Made by a program: the position numbers and the translations under genes | Shown here: positions 27,418 through 41,332 of the stretch, one piece after another | Layout: each line of letters opens with the position of its first letter | How positions within the stretch are numbered: position 1 is the stretch's first letter | Origin: Polyangiaceae bacterium | Lineage (GTDB): Bacteria; Myxococcota_A; Polyangia; Polyangiales; Polyangiaceae | Assembly: GCA_044376115.1 (NCBI GenBank) | Contig: JBILLK010000009.1 | Span: 290,578 to 354,577 of the forward strand | Reading direction: 5' to 3' | Length of the DNA: 64,000 bases | Notes under the pieces: model-generated | Database searches by the model: none | What the model saw: the letters and a program-made list of their open reading frames with translations, nothing else | Told to the model about the DNA's origin: nothing

Positions 27418-29059
27418 ATGACAAGGAAGATCGGGATCGTGGGCGGCGGCGCGTCGGGGTGTTCACTAGCCTGGGCGCTGCGCAAAGAAGAGACGCGTGG
27501 CCTGTGTGAGGTGACACTCTGACGTCGTTGGTGGCCATTCCAAAACCATCAACGTCTGGTTCGATGCAGCCGGCAAAGGGCACGCTACCGAGGTCACTCC
27601 AGCTCCGGCTGACGCGACCGTCTATCCAGTCGACATCGGCGTGCAGTTCGTCTGTCCGACGCTCTATCCGAATTTGTACAAGCAGCTGAAGCTGCCGGAG
27701 TTCGACGGCGTCGTCGACCTGACCAACCACCCCGAGTTGAAGCTCTCCGGCTCCTTCGGGCCCACGCTCAACTGGGGCAATTTTCCGGCGTACCAATCAG
27801 GGCCGCGCTTCGATGATTGTTACGACCAGGGCACGGTGCAACTGGCGAAGAACTTTCAACACGACCTCGCATGGGGCCCCTTCACGCCGCTCGATGGCAT
27901 CGCCTTCTCGACCTCGATGGAGCAGTACCTCAACGTGAAGGATGTCGCCTGGTCGACCAACTTCTTCCGCTACCTGCTGATCCCTTATCTCGCGATCATC
28001 AATGGCTACGGTACGACGGACCTGCTCTCGACCAATGTCGAAGATCTTTTCCCGATCTTCGTAAAGATCCCTGAGCTGCAGAAGCTCGGGCCCTACGGTT
28101 CGTTCACGAGTCCTGGAACTGGGTGGGATCGTTTCACCAAGGGAGCGACGGAGTGGGTCGTGGCCATGGCTGCGTATGCCACAACCAACGGCGCCACCAT
28201 TCACTGCGGCAAGACGGTCCTGAAGGTGTTCACGCGGCCCGATGAGAAGGTCGTCGTGGAGTACGCTGCTACGAGCGACGTCAAAGCGAACGAACTCGAC
28301 CCAACGCATCCTGTGCCGCGCAGCCAAGAGGTGTTCGACGAGGTGGTGCTCACCACCGACATGACCACCAATCGCTACCTCTTGGACAACGCTGACAACC
28401 CGCTTTACAGCGTGCAGAAGGAGTACATCAGCGCTGACAAGTTCGCGCTGATCCCCGGCGTTTGTTACATCCACCAAGATGACGAGTGCTTGTCCCCGCA
28501 CCTTCGCGACAAGCTGGAGGACGGTCAATACGTCGGCTCCTACTCGGAGACCCCAGCCGCTGAGGGCAACGCTTACAACCTGCCCTACAACTTAGCGACC
28601 ACCTTCCAGACCTACCTGATGAAGAACATCCTGGGCACCCCGGTGGATTGCCACGTTTCGATGTACGCCGAGAGCGCGGGGAGCAAGCTGCCCGACCCTG
28701 CGAAAGTGATCTACACAAAGACCTGGCGTCACGGTCGTTGGGTGGCGTCCTTCTTCGACAAGGCCAAGAAGGAGCTGCATCGTGTGCAGGGCTTGGGTCA
28801 CGTCTGGTTCGCCGGGAACAACACCACGGTCGACTCCGAAGAGGGCGCATTGGTATCGGCGATGGCGATCGCCGACGAGATGTTCGACGAGTTCAAATAC
28901 CCCTTCGACCTCGTCAGCGAGGCCTACTTCTTCTACCGCTACTTCCAGAACATGATGTTCCCAGTGCAGACCTTCTCCTGGCACCTCGGGCGCACTGCAG
29001 CCGATGTCGGGGAGCACGTGAAGGCGATCTTGGGCGGGGCTGTGCCCTCGGCGGAGTAG
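27418..29059 (+). pseudogene. FAD-dependent oxidoreductase (COG2907/amine-oxidase-like), frameshifted near the N-terminus
   Basis: Frame from ATG 27418: MTRKIGIVGGGASGCSLAWAL...EVTL then TGA 27520-27522; +1 frame from 27521 reads DVVGGHSKT...VDIGVQFVCPTLYPN into ORF 27641..29059 (...VWFAGN...EEGALVSAMAIA). Confidence 0.8.
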
Positions 29060-30274
29060 TCAAGGCGCTGGCGCTCGTCGTGGCAGAAACGTCACGGCGA
29101 GCGGCGACAGCAGCCCGAACAGGGACGCAACGATGAACAAGCCCAAGAGGCCGCTCCACTTCGTAATGAAGCCGCTGAGCAAGAGCCCCACGCCGGTGAC
29201 CAACGCGAGCAAGCAGGCCTGCACGGAGAAGTCGGTCGCTCGAGCGTCGGCGTCGGAGGCCTCCATCATCTGCGCGAACAGCCCGACGGTGGCGGCTCCA
29301 CCAAAGAAGTGCTCGAACGCGCTAGCGGCGTAGTAAACCCGCAGATCCATCGGCACCATTCCGATTTGCACGGGGTGCAGCAGGGCGAGCACGAGGTAGA
29401 CGAGGATAGCGGCGCCCTGCATTCCGCCGAGCCAGCGGAGGGCCGAGCGAGTGGCCAATCTGCGCACCAAGAGCCCTCCGAATCCGCCTCCAATGATCGC
29501 CGCAACGCCTCCGGTGAAGCCCCGTGAAAGAGCGATCTCGGAGGTGGTGAGGCCTTGTTTGACGAACCAGCGGGTCACCATGCCGGCCGCAAGCGCGTCG
29601 CCAAATTTGTAGCATCCGAGAAAGAGCAACAGCCGCCGGCTCTCCGAGCGCACGATGAATTTGCGGAAGCGCGCGAGGAAGCCAGGGCCTCGTTCAGCGT
29701 TGGACTTCGTGGTCAAGCCGACGCGTTGCTCGCGAAAGGGCAACACCGGAATCGAGGCCAAGGCGATCGAACTTGCCATCAGCAAGAAGCCCTCGCGATA
29801 ACCCACGTGGTCGACCATCGCGAGTACGCCACCGCCGCCGATGATCATCCCCGCGCGATAGGCGCCGTATTGAATGCCCGCGCCTTGGCCGTACTCACGT
29901 GGCGAAAGTACGTCGATCGAAAGGGCGTCGGTGGCCACGTCTTGCACGGCCGAGAACACCGATACCAAGAAAAAACCAACCAGCATCGGGGTGAGACGCG
30001 CCTCGGAGATATCGAGCAGGCCAACGACGACCAACGTCGAGAGCGTGAGCAGCTGCATCGGAACGATGGCCAACTTGCGCCGGCCAGGTCCGAGCTTGTC
30101 GACCAACGGGCCGAGCAGAAACTTGAAGGCCCATGGAATCGCCAGCAAGCTCGATAGCCCCGCGATCTCTGGCGGGTGGGTTCGATTGAGCAGGACAGGG
30201 ACGGCGTGCGAAAAAAAGCCGAAGGGCAAACCCTGTGCGAAGTAGAGGCACGAAAGGATGACGAAGCGGCGCAA
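29060..30274 (-). CDS. MFS transporter, AmpG/RhtX-like
   Basis: LYFAQGLP, IPWAFKFLLGPLVD, SAVQDVATDA, YKFGDA; about 12 TM. Confidence 0.88.
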   Translation of the reverse strand: MRRFVILSCLYFAQGLPFGFFSHAVPVLLNRTHPPEIAGLSSLLAIPWAFKFLLGPLVDKLGPGRRKLAIVPMQLLTLSTLVVVGLLDISEARLTPMLVGFFLVSVFSAVQDVATDALSIDVLSPREYGQGAGIQYGAYRAGMIIGGGGVLAMVDHVGYREGFLLMASSIALASIPVLPFREQRVGLTTKSNAERGPGFLARFRKFIVRSESRRLLLFLGCYKFGDALAAGMVTRWFVKQGLTTSEIALSRGFTGGVAAIIGGGFGGLLVRRLATRSALRWLGGMQGAAILVYLVLALLHPVQIGMVPMDLRVYYAASAFEHFFGGAATVGLFAQMMEASDADARATDFSVQACLLALVTGVGLLLSGFITKWSGLLGLFIVASLFGLLSPLAVTFLPRRAPAP

Positions 30275-30294
30275 GCTTTGGCTAGCCTCTCCGC

Positions 30295-31587
30295 GTGCGC
30301 ACTGATTTGCAAGCAGCCCTTCTCACCCGCGGTGGTCGGGGCATGGTTCTCGGTCTTGAGCGAATGCGGTCCGGTTGCGCTGGCTTCGGTCACCCGGAGC
30401 GAGAGTTTCCCGTCTTTCACGTCGCGGGTACCAACGGCAAAGGCAGTGTATCGGCGATGCTCGAGCGCGCTTTGCGGGCAGCAGGAAAGCGCACCGGACT
30501 GTTTACGTCTCCCCACCTTTGTCGCTGGAATGAGCGGGTCGCCATCAACGGTGAGGCGATTGAGGACGCGCCGTTCGAGGCTGCGCTGGAGCAGGTGCTC
30601 GCGTCCGGTCCGAGCGACTTCACCTTCTTCGAGACGCTCACCTTGGCGGCGTTCTTGGCCTTTCGAGAGGCTAAGGTCGAGGCGTTGGTACTCGAGGTTG
30701 GGCTTGGTGGACGGCTCGATGCAACCAACGTGGTGCCCGAACCTGCGGCTACCGCAATCACCAGCATCGCGCGCGGTCTTGCGGGCCGCTATCTCGAACA
30801 CGAGAAGCTGCTCGGTTCGACCGTGGCCGAGATCGCAGCTGAGAAAGCGGCGATCTTCAAGTCGGGGGTGCCAGCTGTGCTCGGGCCTTTGGACGACGCT
30901 GCCTTGCACGTTGCACGCGCCGCAGCGCGGGCGGTTGATGCGCCGCTCTACGAAGTGGTAACGGCGCCGAGGGCCGGGGAGGGTGCCGCAGCGCTTTTGC
31001 TCGATCAGGACGGTTTGCTGCTGCCCGACGGCACACGTTGCACGCTGCGTCCGCGGCTCGCTGGCGACCATCAACGTTACAACGCAGCCGTCGCTGCAGG
31101 GGTGCTCTACGCCGGCCGGCACGCAGTGCCCATCAGCAACGCGCAGATCGAGGAAGGCGTGGCGACGGCGGAGTGGCCGGGGCGAATGGAGCTGGTCTCA
31201 CATCGAGGAACCAGCGTTCTGCTCGACGGCGCTCACAACGTCGATGGCGTGCGCGTCCTGCTCGCGGGGCTCGAGGCCCTGGCCGTTCGTGGTCCCAAAG
31301 TGCTGCTGTTTGGAGCGTTGGCGGACAAGGCTTTCGAGCCGATGTTGCGGCTGCTCGCTCCACATTTCGACCGCTGCGTGTTCCTCGCGCCCGAGGGCCG
31401 TCCAGCCGCTCCGCTTGCTGAGCTATCAGCCATTGCGCCCGGCGAACACGCACAAGACGCTGCTCAAGCTCTCGCCCTCGCGACGCGCGACGGAGCCTTC
31501 GTTGTTGCAGCGGGCTCGATCTACATGATCGGCGCACTGCGCGCCGAGCTGTTCGGTCTGAAACGTGACCCTGTGCTCGGCCTGTGA
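30295..31587 (+). CDS. folC: Folylpolyglutamate/dihydrofolate synthase
   Basis: HVAGTNGKGS, FTSPHL...NER, TFFE, LEVGLGGRLDATN, WPGRME, LDGAHN. Confidence 0.95.
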   Translation: MRTDLQAALLTRGGRGMVLGLERMRSGCAGFGHPEREFPVFHVAGTNGKGSVSAMLERALRAAGKRTGLFTSPHLCRWNERVAINGEAIEDAPFEAALEQVLASGPSDFTFFETLTLAAFLAFREAKVEALVLEVGLGGRLDATNVVPEPAATAITSIARGLAGRYLEHEKLLGSTVAEIAAEKAAIFKSGVPAVLGPLDDAALHVARAAARAVDAPLYEVVTAPRAGEGAAALLLDQDGLLLPDGTRCTLRPRLAGDHQRYNAAVAAGVLYAGRHAVPISNAQIEEGVATAEWPGRMELVSHRGTSVLLDGAHNVDGVRVLLAGLEALAVRGPKVLLFGALADKAFEPMLRLLAPHFDRCVFLAPEGRPAAPLAELSAIAPGEHAQDAAQALALATRDGAFVVAAGSIYMIGALRAELFGLKRDPVLGL

Positions 31588-31590
31588 CGG

Positions 31591-32544
31591 CTAGTGCCGA
31601 CAGATCTCGGCGCAAGCCTGCTCGAGGCTGTCGATTGCACGCAACCATGCGTCTTTGGGCGCGGCGCTCGGCATCGTTCGCAACTCGTTGAGCACGGTCT
31701 CGCGGTCAGTGCCGGCGCTTAGCGCGTGGAACGCCGCTTCAAGCTCCGCCAGATCGGCGCCTGCGCTGGGCGTGGCTCCGCGACGAGCACGAAGTCGTTC
31801 TGCTCGCAGCTGGTGCCAGTCGCGGGCCGCCGCATGATCCTGCGCGAAGCGTTGGCCGGAAAGGAACAGCGGTATCAAGAGAGGCCGCCGCAGTGCCGCT
31901 GAAGGCGGGCAGGGTTTGAGCGTCGTCTGAAGTTCCGCTGCCGCTCCGTCAGCGCCCGAACGGCCCCAAATGCAACCAAGCGCACGCAGCAGCACAAAGT
32001 CTTTTTCCCGACGCTCGATCGACCACAGCGCGCCACCGTCTTCGATGCTGGTCGTGCGCGTCCCGTGCGGTTGCAGACCGAGCAGAAGTTCATGCCCGTT
32101 GCCGTCGCTGAGGAGCAAGTCGGGAAGCCCGTCGCCGGTGATGTCGCGGGGGAAGGACAGCGTGCCGCCATTTTCTTCGCTGACGAAGCGCACGAACTCG
32201 GTTGGCTGCGGAGGATCGAGCTCTCGCAGTGGACCGAGCGCCGCTACCACACCGTGCTCACTCGCTACCCGCACCGCGCTCGTCTTGTTGCCGAGTTTGT
32301 CGCGCCCCGCATAAGAAAGCACCGTGTACCGCTCACCGCTCGCGTCCTTCACCTCGAAGCTGCCCACTGGCTCGAGCTCCAGGCCTCGAACCTCGGCCTC
32401 GATCTGTTCGAGGGAGGCCGCTAGATCAGGCTTCTCCAGGTAAAGACGAAGGGAGGGGCCCCGGCTCTGGCCCCACGGCGAGACCGAAGGCGAAGAGCAG
32501 GCGGCCAGCAGGGCCGGGACCAACCATCCAAGACTTCGCACCAC
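31591..32544 (-). CDS. Hypothetical lipoprotein
   Basis: WLVPALLAAC lipobox; DITGDGLPDLL (FG-GAP/VCBS-like) motif; start trimmed from ORF 31591..32811. Confidence 0.6.
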   Translation of the reverse strand: MVRSLGWLVPALLAACSSPSVSPWGQSRGPSLRLYLEKPDLAASLEQIEAEVRGLELEPVGSFEVKDASGERYTVLSYAGRDKLGNKTSAVRVASEHGVVAALGPLRELDPPQPTEFVRFVSEENGGTLSFPRDITGDGLPDLLLSDGNGHELLLGLQPHGTRTTSIEDGGALWSIERREKDFVLLRALGCIWGRSGADGAAAELQTTLKPCPPSAALRRPLLIPLFLSGQRFAQDHAAARDWHQLRAERLRARRGATPSAGADLAELEAAFHALSAGTDRETVLNELRTMPSAAPKDAWLRAIDSLEQACAEICRH

Positions 32545-32584
32545 AAGACGAGGGCCCGCTCGAAGTGGTAACGTGCCCACCACG

Positions 32585-33793
32585 ATGCGCCTTTTGATTG
32601 CCGATGCTATCGACACGCAACCTCTCGAAGAGCTCAGACTGCTGGGGATAGAGATCGTTTCTGACCCGACGCTCACGCGGGATTCGCTGCCGCAAGCTCT
32701 AGCAGGAGTTGGTATTCTTGTCGTCCGCCGCACCGAAGTGACCAAGGAAGCGCTCGAGGGCGCGCGAGAACTGAACCTGATCGTGCGGGCTGGTAGCGGC
32801 ACGGGCAACATCGACGTCGAGGCGGCGAGCGCACGCGGTATCTACGTAGCGAACTGTCCGAACAAGAATGCGGCTGCGGTCTCCGAGTTGGTGATGGGCC
32901 TCGCGCTCGCGCTCGATCGGCGGCTGGTCGATGCTCACAATTCGCTCAAGAATGGTCGTTGGGAGAGGGGCGAGTACGGTAGTGAACACGGCCTGCTCGG
33001 AAGGCACATCGGGATCGCTGGTCTAGGTGCAACGGGTCGCGAGGTGCTCCAAAGGGCGCGGGCCTTCGGGATGCGGCCGCATGTGATGAGTCGAGCCATG
33101 ACTGCTCAAAAGGCGCAACGCTTGGACGTCGCTTTCGCTCCGACGCTCGAGCATCTGGCGTCGGTCAGCGATGTGTTCACCGTGCATCTGCCGCTCACCC
33201 CAAGTTCGAGGGGGTTGGTGTCGCGCACCGTGCTCGAGGCACTTCCGAAGGGCGCGATCGTGATCAACACCTCGCACGCGGCGCTCATGGATCTCGACGC
33301 ACTTGCCGAGATTGCCCCGCGTAAAGGGCTGCGTGTCGGGCTGGACGTTCACGCCGGTGAGCCCCGCGAGCCCACTTCCAAGTTCGAGTCGCGGTTCGCG
33401 AATATGCCGAATTTCTTATGCACGCCCCACATCGGTGGCGCCAGTCGGCAGGCGCAACGTGCCATTGCGGAAGAGGTTACCCGGGTGGTGCGTTGCTTTC
33501 TGACCGAGGAGAACGTGCCCAACGTGGTGAATGTTTGCGCCACGAGTCCGGCGCGCTTCGTGGTCGTGCTGCGTCAGCTCGACAAAGTCGGCGCGCTTGC
33601 CAACACGCTCGCCGTTCTCAAGCGCCACGGTATCAATATCGAGGAGATCTCCAATACCGTCTTTGACGGCGCCCGCGCGACCTGTACCAAGCTTCGGGTC
33701 TCAGGCCGCCCTACGGACTCCTGCCTCAAAGAGATCGCAGCATTCGGGGAGACGTTGCACGTCGACATCATCCAGATGCCCAATCGGGCCTAA
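32585..33793 (+). CDS. D-3-phosphoglycerate dehydrogenase-like D-2-hydroxyacid dehydrogenase with C-terminal ACT domain
   Basis: VRAGSGTGNID, NAAAVSE, GLGATG, VHLPLT, LDV...EP, TPHIGG, ACT DKVGALA. Confidence 0.85.
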   Translation: MRLLIADAIDTQPLEELRLLGIEIVSDPTLTRDSLPQALAGVGILVVRRTEVTKEALEGARELNLIVRAGSGTGNIDVEAASARGIYVANCPNKNAAAVSELVMGLALALDRRLVDAHNSLKNGRWERGEYGSEHGLLGRHIGIAGLGATGREVLQRARAFGMRPHVMSRAMTAQKAQRLDVAFAPTLEHLASVSDVFTVHLPLTPSSRGLVSRTVLEALPKGAIVINTSHAALMDLDALAEIAPRKGLRVGLDVHAGEPREPTSKFESRFANMPNFLCTPHIGGASRQAQRAIAEEVTRVVRCFLTEENVPNVVNVCATSPARFVVVLRQLDKVGALANTLAVLKRHGINIEEISNTVFDGARATCTKLRVSGRPTDSCLKEIAAFGETLHVDIIQMPNRA

Positions 33794-33920
33794 GTCGGCC
33801 ATCTTGCCAGTCCGCCGGGCCAGTCCGAGGTCCGGAACCCCGTCGCGGCGGGATGGCTCTAGACGAGGGTTGCAGACCCACGCCTCTTGGACTAGGGTCC
33901 GCCGGAATTCTGGTGGATCC

Positions 33921-33956
33921 GCAAGCCGGGTTCCCGTTTGGGTCCGGCTTTTTGCA
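33921..33956 (+). promoter_or_regulatory. Terminator-like hairpin in the rimP leader (attenuator candidate)
   Basis: AAGCCGG...CCGGCTT followed by TTT, about 50 nt upstream of the likely rimP start. Confidence 0.6.
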
Positions 33957-34005
33957 TTTCTGCGCCGGGACCCCCGTTGCGTTGCTGTTCCGTTTCTCAT
34001 TTCAA

Positions 34006-34722
34006 ATGCCCACCCCCTCCACGAAAAACCAAAAAGCAGACCCGACGCTTGAGCGCGTCGCCGGAATGGTTTTGCCGCTGTGTGAGTCGCGTGGGTTGTT
34101 GTTGGTGAGCGTGAGCTGGGCAGCTGATCGTTCGGGCCGCATTCTGCGCGTGACCATCGAGCCGAAGTCCGCCCTTGAGAGTACGGCCATCTCTGGTCCC
34201 GAGCTTAGCGTTTCGCTTGAGGAATGTGCGTTGGTAAGTCGTTCGCTGTCGGAGCTCTTGGACAGCAGTGAAGACTTCCTGCCGGAGGCCTACAACCTCG
34301 AGGTGGGCTCGCCCGGCGTCGAGCGCGAACTCTGTAGTGAGGCGGACTTCCAAAGATTTTGTGGGCGTGTCGCCAAGGTCAAGCTGTCACGACCCGTCGC
34401 CGACGGCCAGCGTGTTTTGCGCGGCACGATCATCTCGGTGGAAGCGGGCGGCTTGATCACGATGCTCGTGGACGGCAAAGAGCAGCGCTTTGAACTTGCT
34501 GCCGTGAATCAGGCGAACCTCGTTTACGAGCTGCCCAAGGCAGCGCTCTCGGCCGTCGAGCCTGCAAGCTCAGCGTCCAAGAAGCTCAAATCGCCAAAGA
34601 AGTCAGCCGCCAAGGGCGGCAAGCGGAACGGCTCGCCCAGCAAGGCTTCCGGAGTCTCTCCACGAGGCGAGCCGGCGAGGTCAACTTCCACGATGTCTCC
34701 AAGCGAGAAGAATCAATCCTAG
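34006..34722 (+). CDS. rimP: Ribosome maturation factor RimP
   Basis: VSLEECALVSRSLSELLD, YNLEVGSPGVER; first gene of the nusA operon; start uncertain. Confidence 0.9.
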   Translation: MPTPSTKNQKADPTLERVAGMVLPLCESRGLLLVSVSWAADRSGRILRVTIEPKSALESTAISGPELSVSLEECALVSRSLSELLDSSEDFLPEAYNLEVGSPGVERELCSEADFQRFCGRVAKVKLSRPVADGQRVLRGTIISVEAGGLITMLVDGKEQRFELAAVNQANLVYELPKAALSAVEPASSASKKLKSPKKSAAKGGKRNGSPSKASGVSPRGEPARSTSTMSPSEKNQS

Positions 34723-34733
34723 AGGAGAGAGTC

Positions 34734-36365
34734 ATGAAAGGGGTTTCGTCGATGAGCTCGGAAGGGCTGGACAGCACAATCGAACAGGTCGCCAAAGAAA
34801 AGGGGATCGAGAAGCGAGTGCTCGTCGAGACGATGGAAGCTGCAATTCTCAAGGCAGCTCAGAGCGTCTTTGGTCCCACGCGGGAGCTTGAGGCACGCTA
34901 CAACCCGGATATCGGTCAGGTCGACCTGTTCCAATACATGACGGTGGTTGAAGAAGTCGTAGAGCCCGAACGGCAGATTTCGGTCGCTGAAGTGGCTCGG
35001 CGCAAGCTGGACGCGGAGCTCGGTGAGGAGCTCGGTTTTCAGGTCTTTTGGCGCCCCGAAGACGCAGTGCGCGCTCGTGAGCAGGACCGTGAGTACGGCG
35101 ACTTGCTCAAGCTCAAGCAAGGTCGGACGACGTTCGGTCGCATCGCTGCCCAGAATGCGAAGCAAGTATTGCTTCAACGCATGCGGGACGCAGAGCGAGA
35201 CCTGATCTTCGATGAGTACAAGGACAAGAAGGGCGAGCTCATTCGAGGAATCGTTCGCCGCTTTGAGAAGGGGAACAACATCCTGGTCGACATCGGTCGC
35301 ACCGAGGGCATTCTCCCGTTCAAGGAGCAAACGCCTCGGGAGACCTATCGTCCCGGGGATCGCATCGTAGCCTACGTCAAGGACATCGATCGCGAGGCGC
35401 GTGGCCCGCAGGTGATTCTCTCCCGCTCGGACCCGCGGTTGGTCGAGAAGCTGTTCGAGGCTGAGGTGCCCGAAATCTACGAAGGCATCGTGCGCATCGT
35501 TGCGGTTGCGCGGGAGCCAGGCGCCCGCAGCAAGATCGCCGTCACCTCGCGTGACACCGACGTGGATCCCGTCGGTGCTTGTGTCGGTATGAAGGGCGCT
35601 CGCGTCCAAGCGGTGGTGCAGGAGCTTCGCGGCGAGAAGATCGACATTGTGCCGTTCGACCGCGATCCGGCCCGCTACGTCATCGCCGCAATCCAACCCG
35701 CCGAGGTGCACAAGGTCATCGTCGACGAGTCGGATGGGCGTATGGAACTCGTCGTTCCGGACGAGAAGCTCTCCCTGGCGATCGGCCGCAAGGGCCAGAA
35801 CGTTCGGCTGGCAGCACAGCTCACTCAGTGGAAGTTGAACATCTACAGCGAGTCCAAGTTCCGCCAAATGGAAGAGGACGCAATCGGTGCTCTCTCGCAA
35901 ATGCAAGAGGTCAACGACTCGTTGGCGAAGGCTCTCTACAGGCAGGGTTTCCGAGCGCTGGAAGAGATCTCCGAGGCCTCGGTCGAGGAGCTCGTGTCGA
36001 TTCAAGGGCTTGGTACTCCTGAGGCGGCCGAGCGACTGCGCAAGGAAGCGGACGCAACGTTGGAGCGCATCCGCATCAATCGGCTCAGCGAGCTCGGCTC
36101 CCGCGTAGAGCCCCCGACCGAACGCGAGCGGCTACTGCTCATCAAGGGCGTGGGCGAGCGCACTGTCTCCCAGCTCGAGGAGGCTGGCTACAAGTCGATT
36201 GGTGAATTCCTCCGCGAGGACGAGGACCGGCTGGCTATTCGCAGCGGGCTTCGCATCGCGAAGGTTCGCACGCTCCGGGTCTCCGCCCGCGAGTTCCTCA
36301 CCAACGAAAAGCAGATGCTGGCAGACGCTCGCAAGGCCGTCGGCAACTCAGGAGCTGAAAACTGA
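34734..36365 (+). CDS. nusA: Transcription termination/antitermination factor NusA
   Basis: [55 protein letters not shown]-terminal HhH repeats. Confidence 0.97.
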   Translation: MKGVSSMSSEGLDSTIEQVAKEKGIEKRVLVETMEAAILKAAQSVFGPTRELEARYNPDIGQVDLFQYMTVVEEVVEPERQISVAEVARRKLDAELGEELGFQVFWRPEDAVRAREQDREYGDLLKLKQGRTTFGRIAAQNAKQVLLQRMRDAERDLIFDEYKDKKGELIRGIVRRFEKGNNILVDIGRTEGILPFKEQTPRETYRPGDRIVAYVKDIDREARGPQVILSRSDPRLVEKLFEAEVPEIYEGIVRIVAVAREPGARSKIAVTSRDTDVDPVGACVGMKGARVQAVVQELRGEKIDIVPFDRDPARYVIAAIQPAEVHKVIVDESDGRMELVVPDEKLSLAIGRKGQNVRLAAQLTQWKLNIYSESKFRQMEEDAIGALSQMQEVNDSLAKALYRQGFRALEEISEASVEELVSIQGLGTPEAAERLRKEADATLERIRINRLSELGSRVEPPTERERLLLIKGVGERTVSQLEEAGYKSIGEFLREDEDRLAIRSGLRIAKVRTLRVSAREFLTNEKQMLADARKAVGNSGAEN

Positions 36366-36367
36366 AC

Positions 36368-37315
36368 GTGGCTGCCCGCGCTCTTTCCACACCCGCGCGA
36401 GTCGTTGCTCGCGGGGGTCAGCCGGCGAGGCCTCACGGCTCGCGGGCTGCGTCGCTCGCGGCCTCGCCGCGCCGCGACAGCGCGGGGTCACGTGCTGAGC
36501 GCAGGAGCAACGCACCATCGAAGGGGCGTCGCTCCTGCGTTGGTTGCAGTGCCGGAGCCACGGTTGACGACGTGCGCACCGCCGACGCCAGGCTGGTGGA
36601 TATTGACGTCACAGCCGCTCCGGTCGTGCGCCTCTTGCTCGGCCCAAACAATGAGATCGTCGTTGATTCGGGTGACGGGACGTTCGGTCGCGGCGCTCAC
36701 GTTCATGCTTCGCCAGCGTGCTTGCAGCGCGCGGTGAAGGCGGGCCTGCCCAAGGTCGTGCGCGGTACTCCGCTGATGAACGGCGTGGCAATCACCGTTG
36801 CGGGGCTCGCCGCCGCGATCGGTGAGGCTTATGACCGACGGCTCGAGGGCCTTTTGTCGGCGGCCAAGCGGGCGCGCAAGCTGCAGGTCGGCTCTGACGC
36901 TGCATGCATGAGTTTGCGCGCAGGTGAGGCTAGCCTCGTGATTGTCGCGAGCGATGCTGCGGCGGCAGCCGAGCGTACCGAGGTCCGCGCCGCCGTTCGT
37001 GAGGGCGCTGCGATTGCCTGGGGTACGAAGGCGCGCCTTGGCGCGTTGCTGCGGCCCGCACTTGAAGATTCAGCCCCGGAAGTAGGGGTTGTTGCCGTTA
37101 CTGATACTCGGATTGCTTCTGCAATCCGTGAAACGCGCACCGTCATTGATTCGGTGGCGCAAAGTCCCCAGGGTCCACAAAGACACGGGGAATTCCGTCA
37201 AGATTCTCCCGCCATTCGGCACGCATCGATTCTTAACGAGGGTACTGCTACTCTGTCGCCCCCCGCCCTTCCCGGGTCGGGTACCGAAGAGCCGCCCCTC
37301 GGTTCCGCGGAGTGA
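36368..37315 (+). CDS. YlxR (DUF448) - L7Ae/YlxQ fusion protein
   Basis: RSCVGC...GRGAHVH...CL (YlxR), then GLLSAAKRARKLQVG...LVIVASDA...LG (L7Ae-like); between nusA and infB; true start probably downstream. Confidence 0.78.
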   Translation: MAARALSTPARVVARGGQPARPHGSRAASLAASPRRDSAGSRAERRSNAPSKGRRSCVGCSAGATVDDVRTADARLVDIDVTAAPVVRLLLGPNNEIVVDSGDGTFGRGAHVHASPACLQRAVKAGLPKVVRGTPLMNGVAITVAGLAAAIGEAYDRRLEGLLSAAKRARKLQVGSDAACMSLRAGEASLVIVASDAAAAAERTEVRAAVREGAAIAWGTKARLGALLRPALEDSAPEVGVVAVTDTRIASAIRETRTVIDSVAQSPQGPQRHGEFRQDSPAIRHASILNEGTATLSPPALPGSGTEEPPLGSAE

Positions 37316-37320
37316 AGCGC

Positions 37321-40341
<3,021 letters not shown>

Positions 40342-40495
40342 GCTTGCTGCTTCGAGTGACCGCCGCCTCTCCCGCCTGCCAACTTGGTCGGTGTGAGAGG
40401 CGCAGTCGCTTTCGAGGTGCGGCGTCAGGCGGACGGCCTTTGCCCGTCGGTGCGGGGAGCGGGTTGGTTCGTGGCCGCCGCAAGCAGGATTTTCA

Positions 40496-40873
40496 ATGTT
40501 TGTTGGCGTGCTCAGAGTTTCGTTGACCATCGTCGGCTCGCAGTCCCTGAAGGACAAACGCCGCGTGGTGGCCTCGTTCAAAGAACGGGTGATATCGCGC
40601 TTTCGCGTCTCGGCGGCCGAGGTGTCGGCGCTCGACAACTACCGCTACGCGGTGCTTGGCATAGCGGTGGTCTCGAACGAGGCCGCCCACTGCGACTCGG
40701 TGCTGGCTGAGGTGGCTTCCGTCGCGGCCAACCTACCGAATGCTATCTTGACCGATCGAGCGACTGAGATCGTGCCGTTCGGTGAGGGCGGGCGAGGGAT
40801 TCAGGGCGGTATTGAAGCGGCGCTCGGCAGCGGCCAAGTGGGTATGTTTTTGGAAAGGGACGATGAACGATGA
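40496..40873 (+). CDS. DUF503 (YlxP) family protein
   Basis: SLKDKRRVV...RFRVSAAEV; conserved position between infB and rbfA. Confidence 0.88.
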   Translation: MFVGVLRVSLTIVGSQSLKDKRRVVASFKERVISRFRVSAAEVSALDNYRYAVLGIAVVSNEAAHCDSVLAEVASVAANLPNAILTDRATEIVPFGEGGRGIQGGIEAALGSGQVGMFLERDDER

Positions 40874-41241
40874 CGACCGAAGTCAAACGCTCAATGCGCG
40901 TAGCCGGGCGAGTTCGCGAGGAACTCTCGCTCTTGCTGCGCAACCTGTCGGACCCACGCATCGTTGGCGTTCTCATCACGCGCGTGGAGGCCTCGGACGA
41001 TCTTTCGTTCCTGCGCGTGTTCGTACGTTGTGATCAAGGCGCGGACGCCCTCCGGCAGAAGGCGCTGCTGCGCGGCTTGGAGGCTGCCAGCGGTCGCTTG
41101 CGTCGCGACGTGACTCGCTCGGTGGGCCTGCGCGTGGCCCCGCAACTTCGCTTTATGTACGACGAGGGCATCGATGCTCAGCTCCGCGTCGAAGAGTTGC
41201 TGCACGAGATCGCTCGCGAGCGCAGCGGCGACTCAAGTTAG
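40870..41241 (+). CDS. rbfA: Ribosome-binding factor A
   Basis: RVAGRVREELS...DPRI...ITRVEASDDL...LRVAPQLRFMYD. Confidence 0.93.
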   Translation: MTTEVKRSMRVAGRVREELSLLLRNLSDPRIVGVLITRVEASDDLSFLRVFVRCDQGADALRQKALLRGLEAASGRLRRDVTRSVGLRVAPQLRFMYDEGIDAQLRVEELLHEIARERSGDSS

Positions 41242-41332
41242 CGGACGTTGCGCTGCCGTGAGGTGGACCTGGGCGATGCGGTCCGCCGTGTAGGCCTGGC
41301 CGCCGAGCCCTCTGAGGCCGCTCAAACGACGA

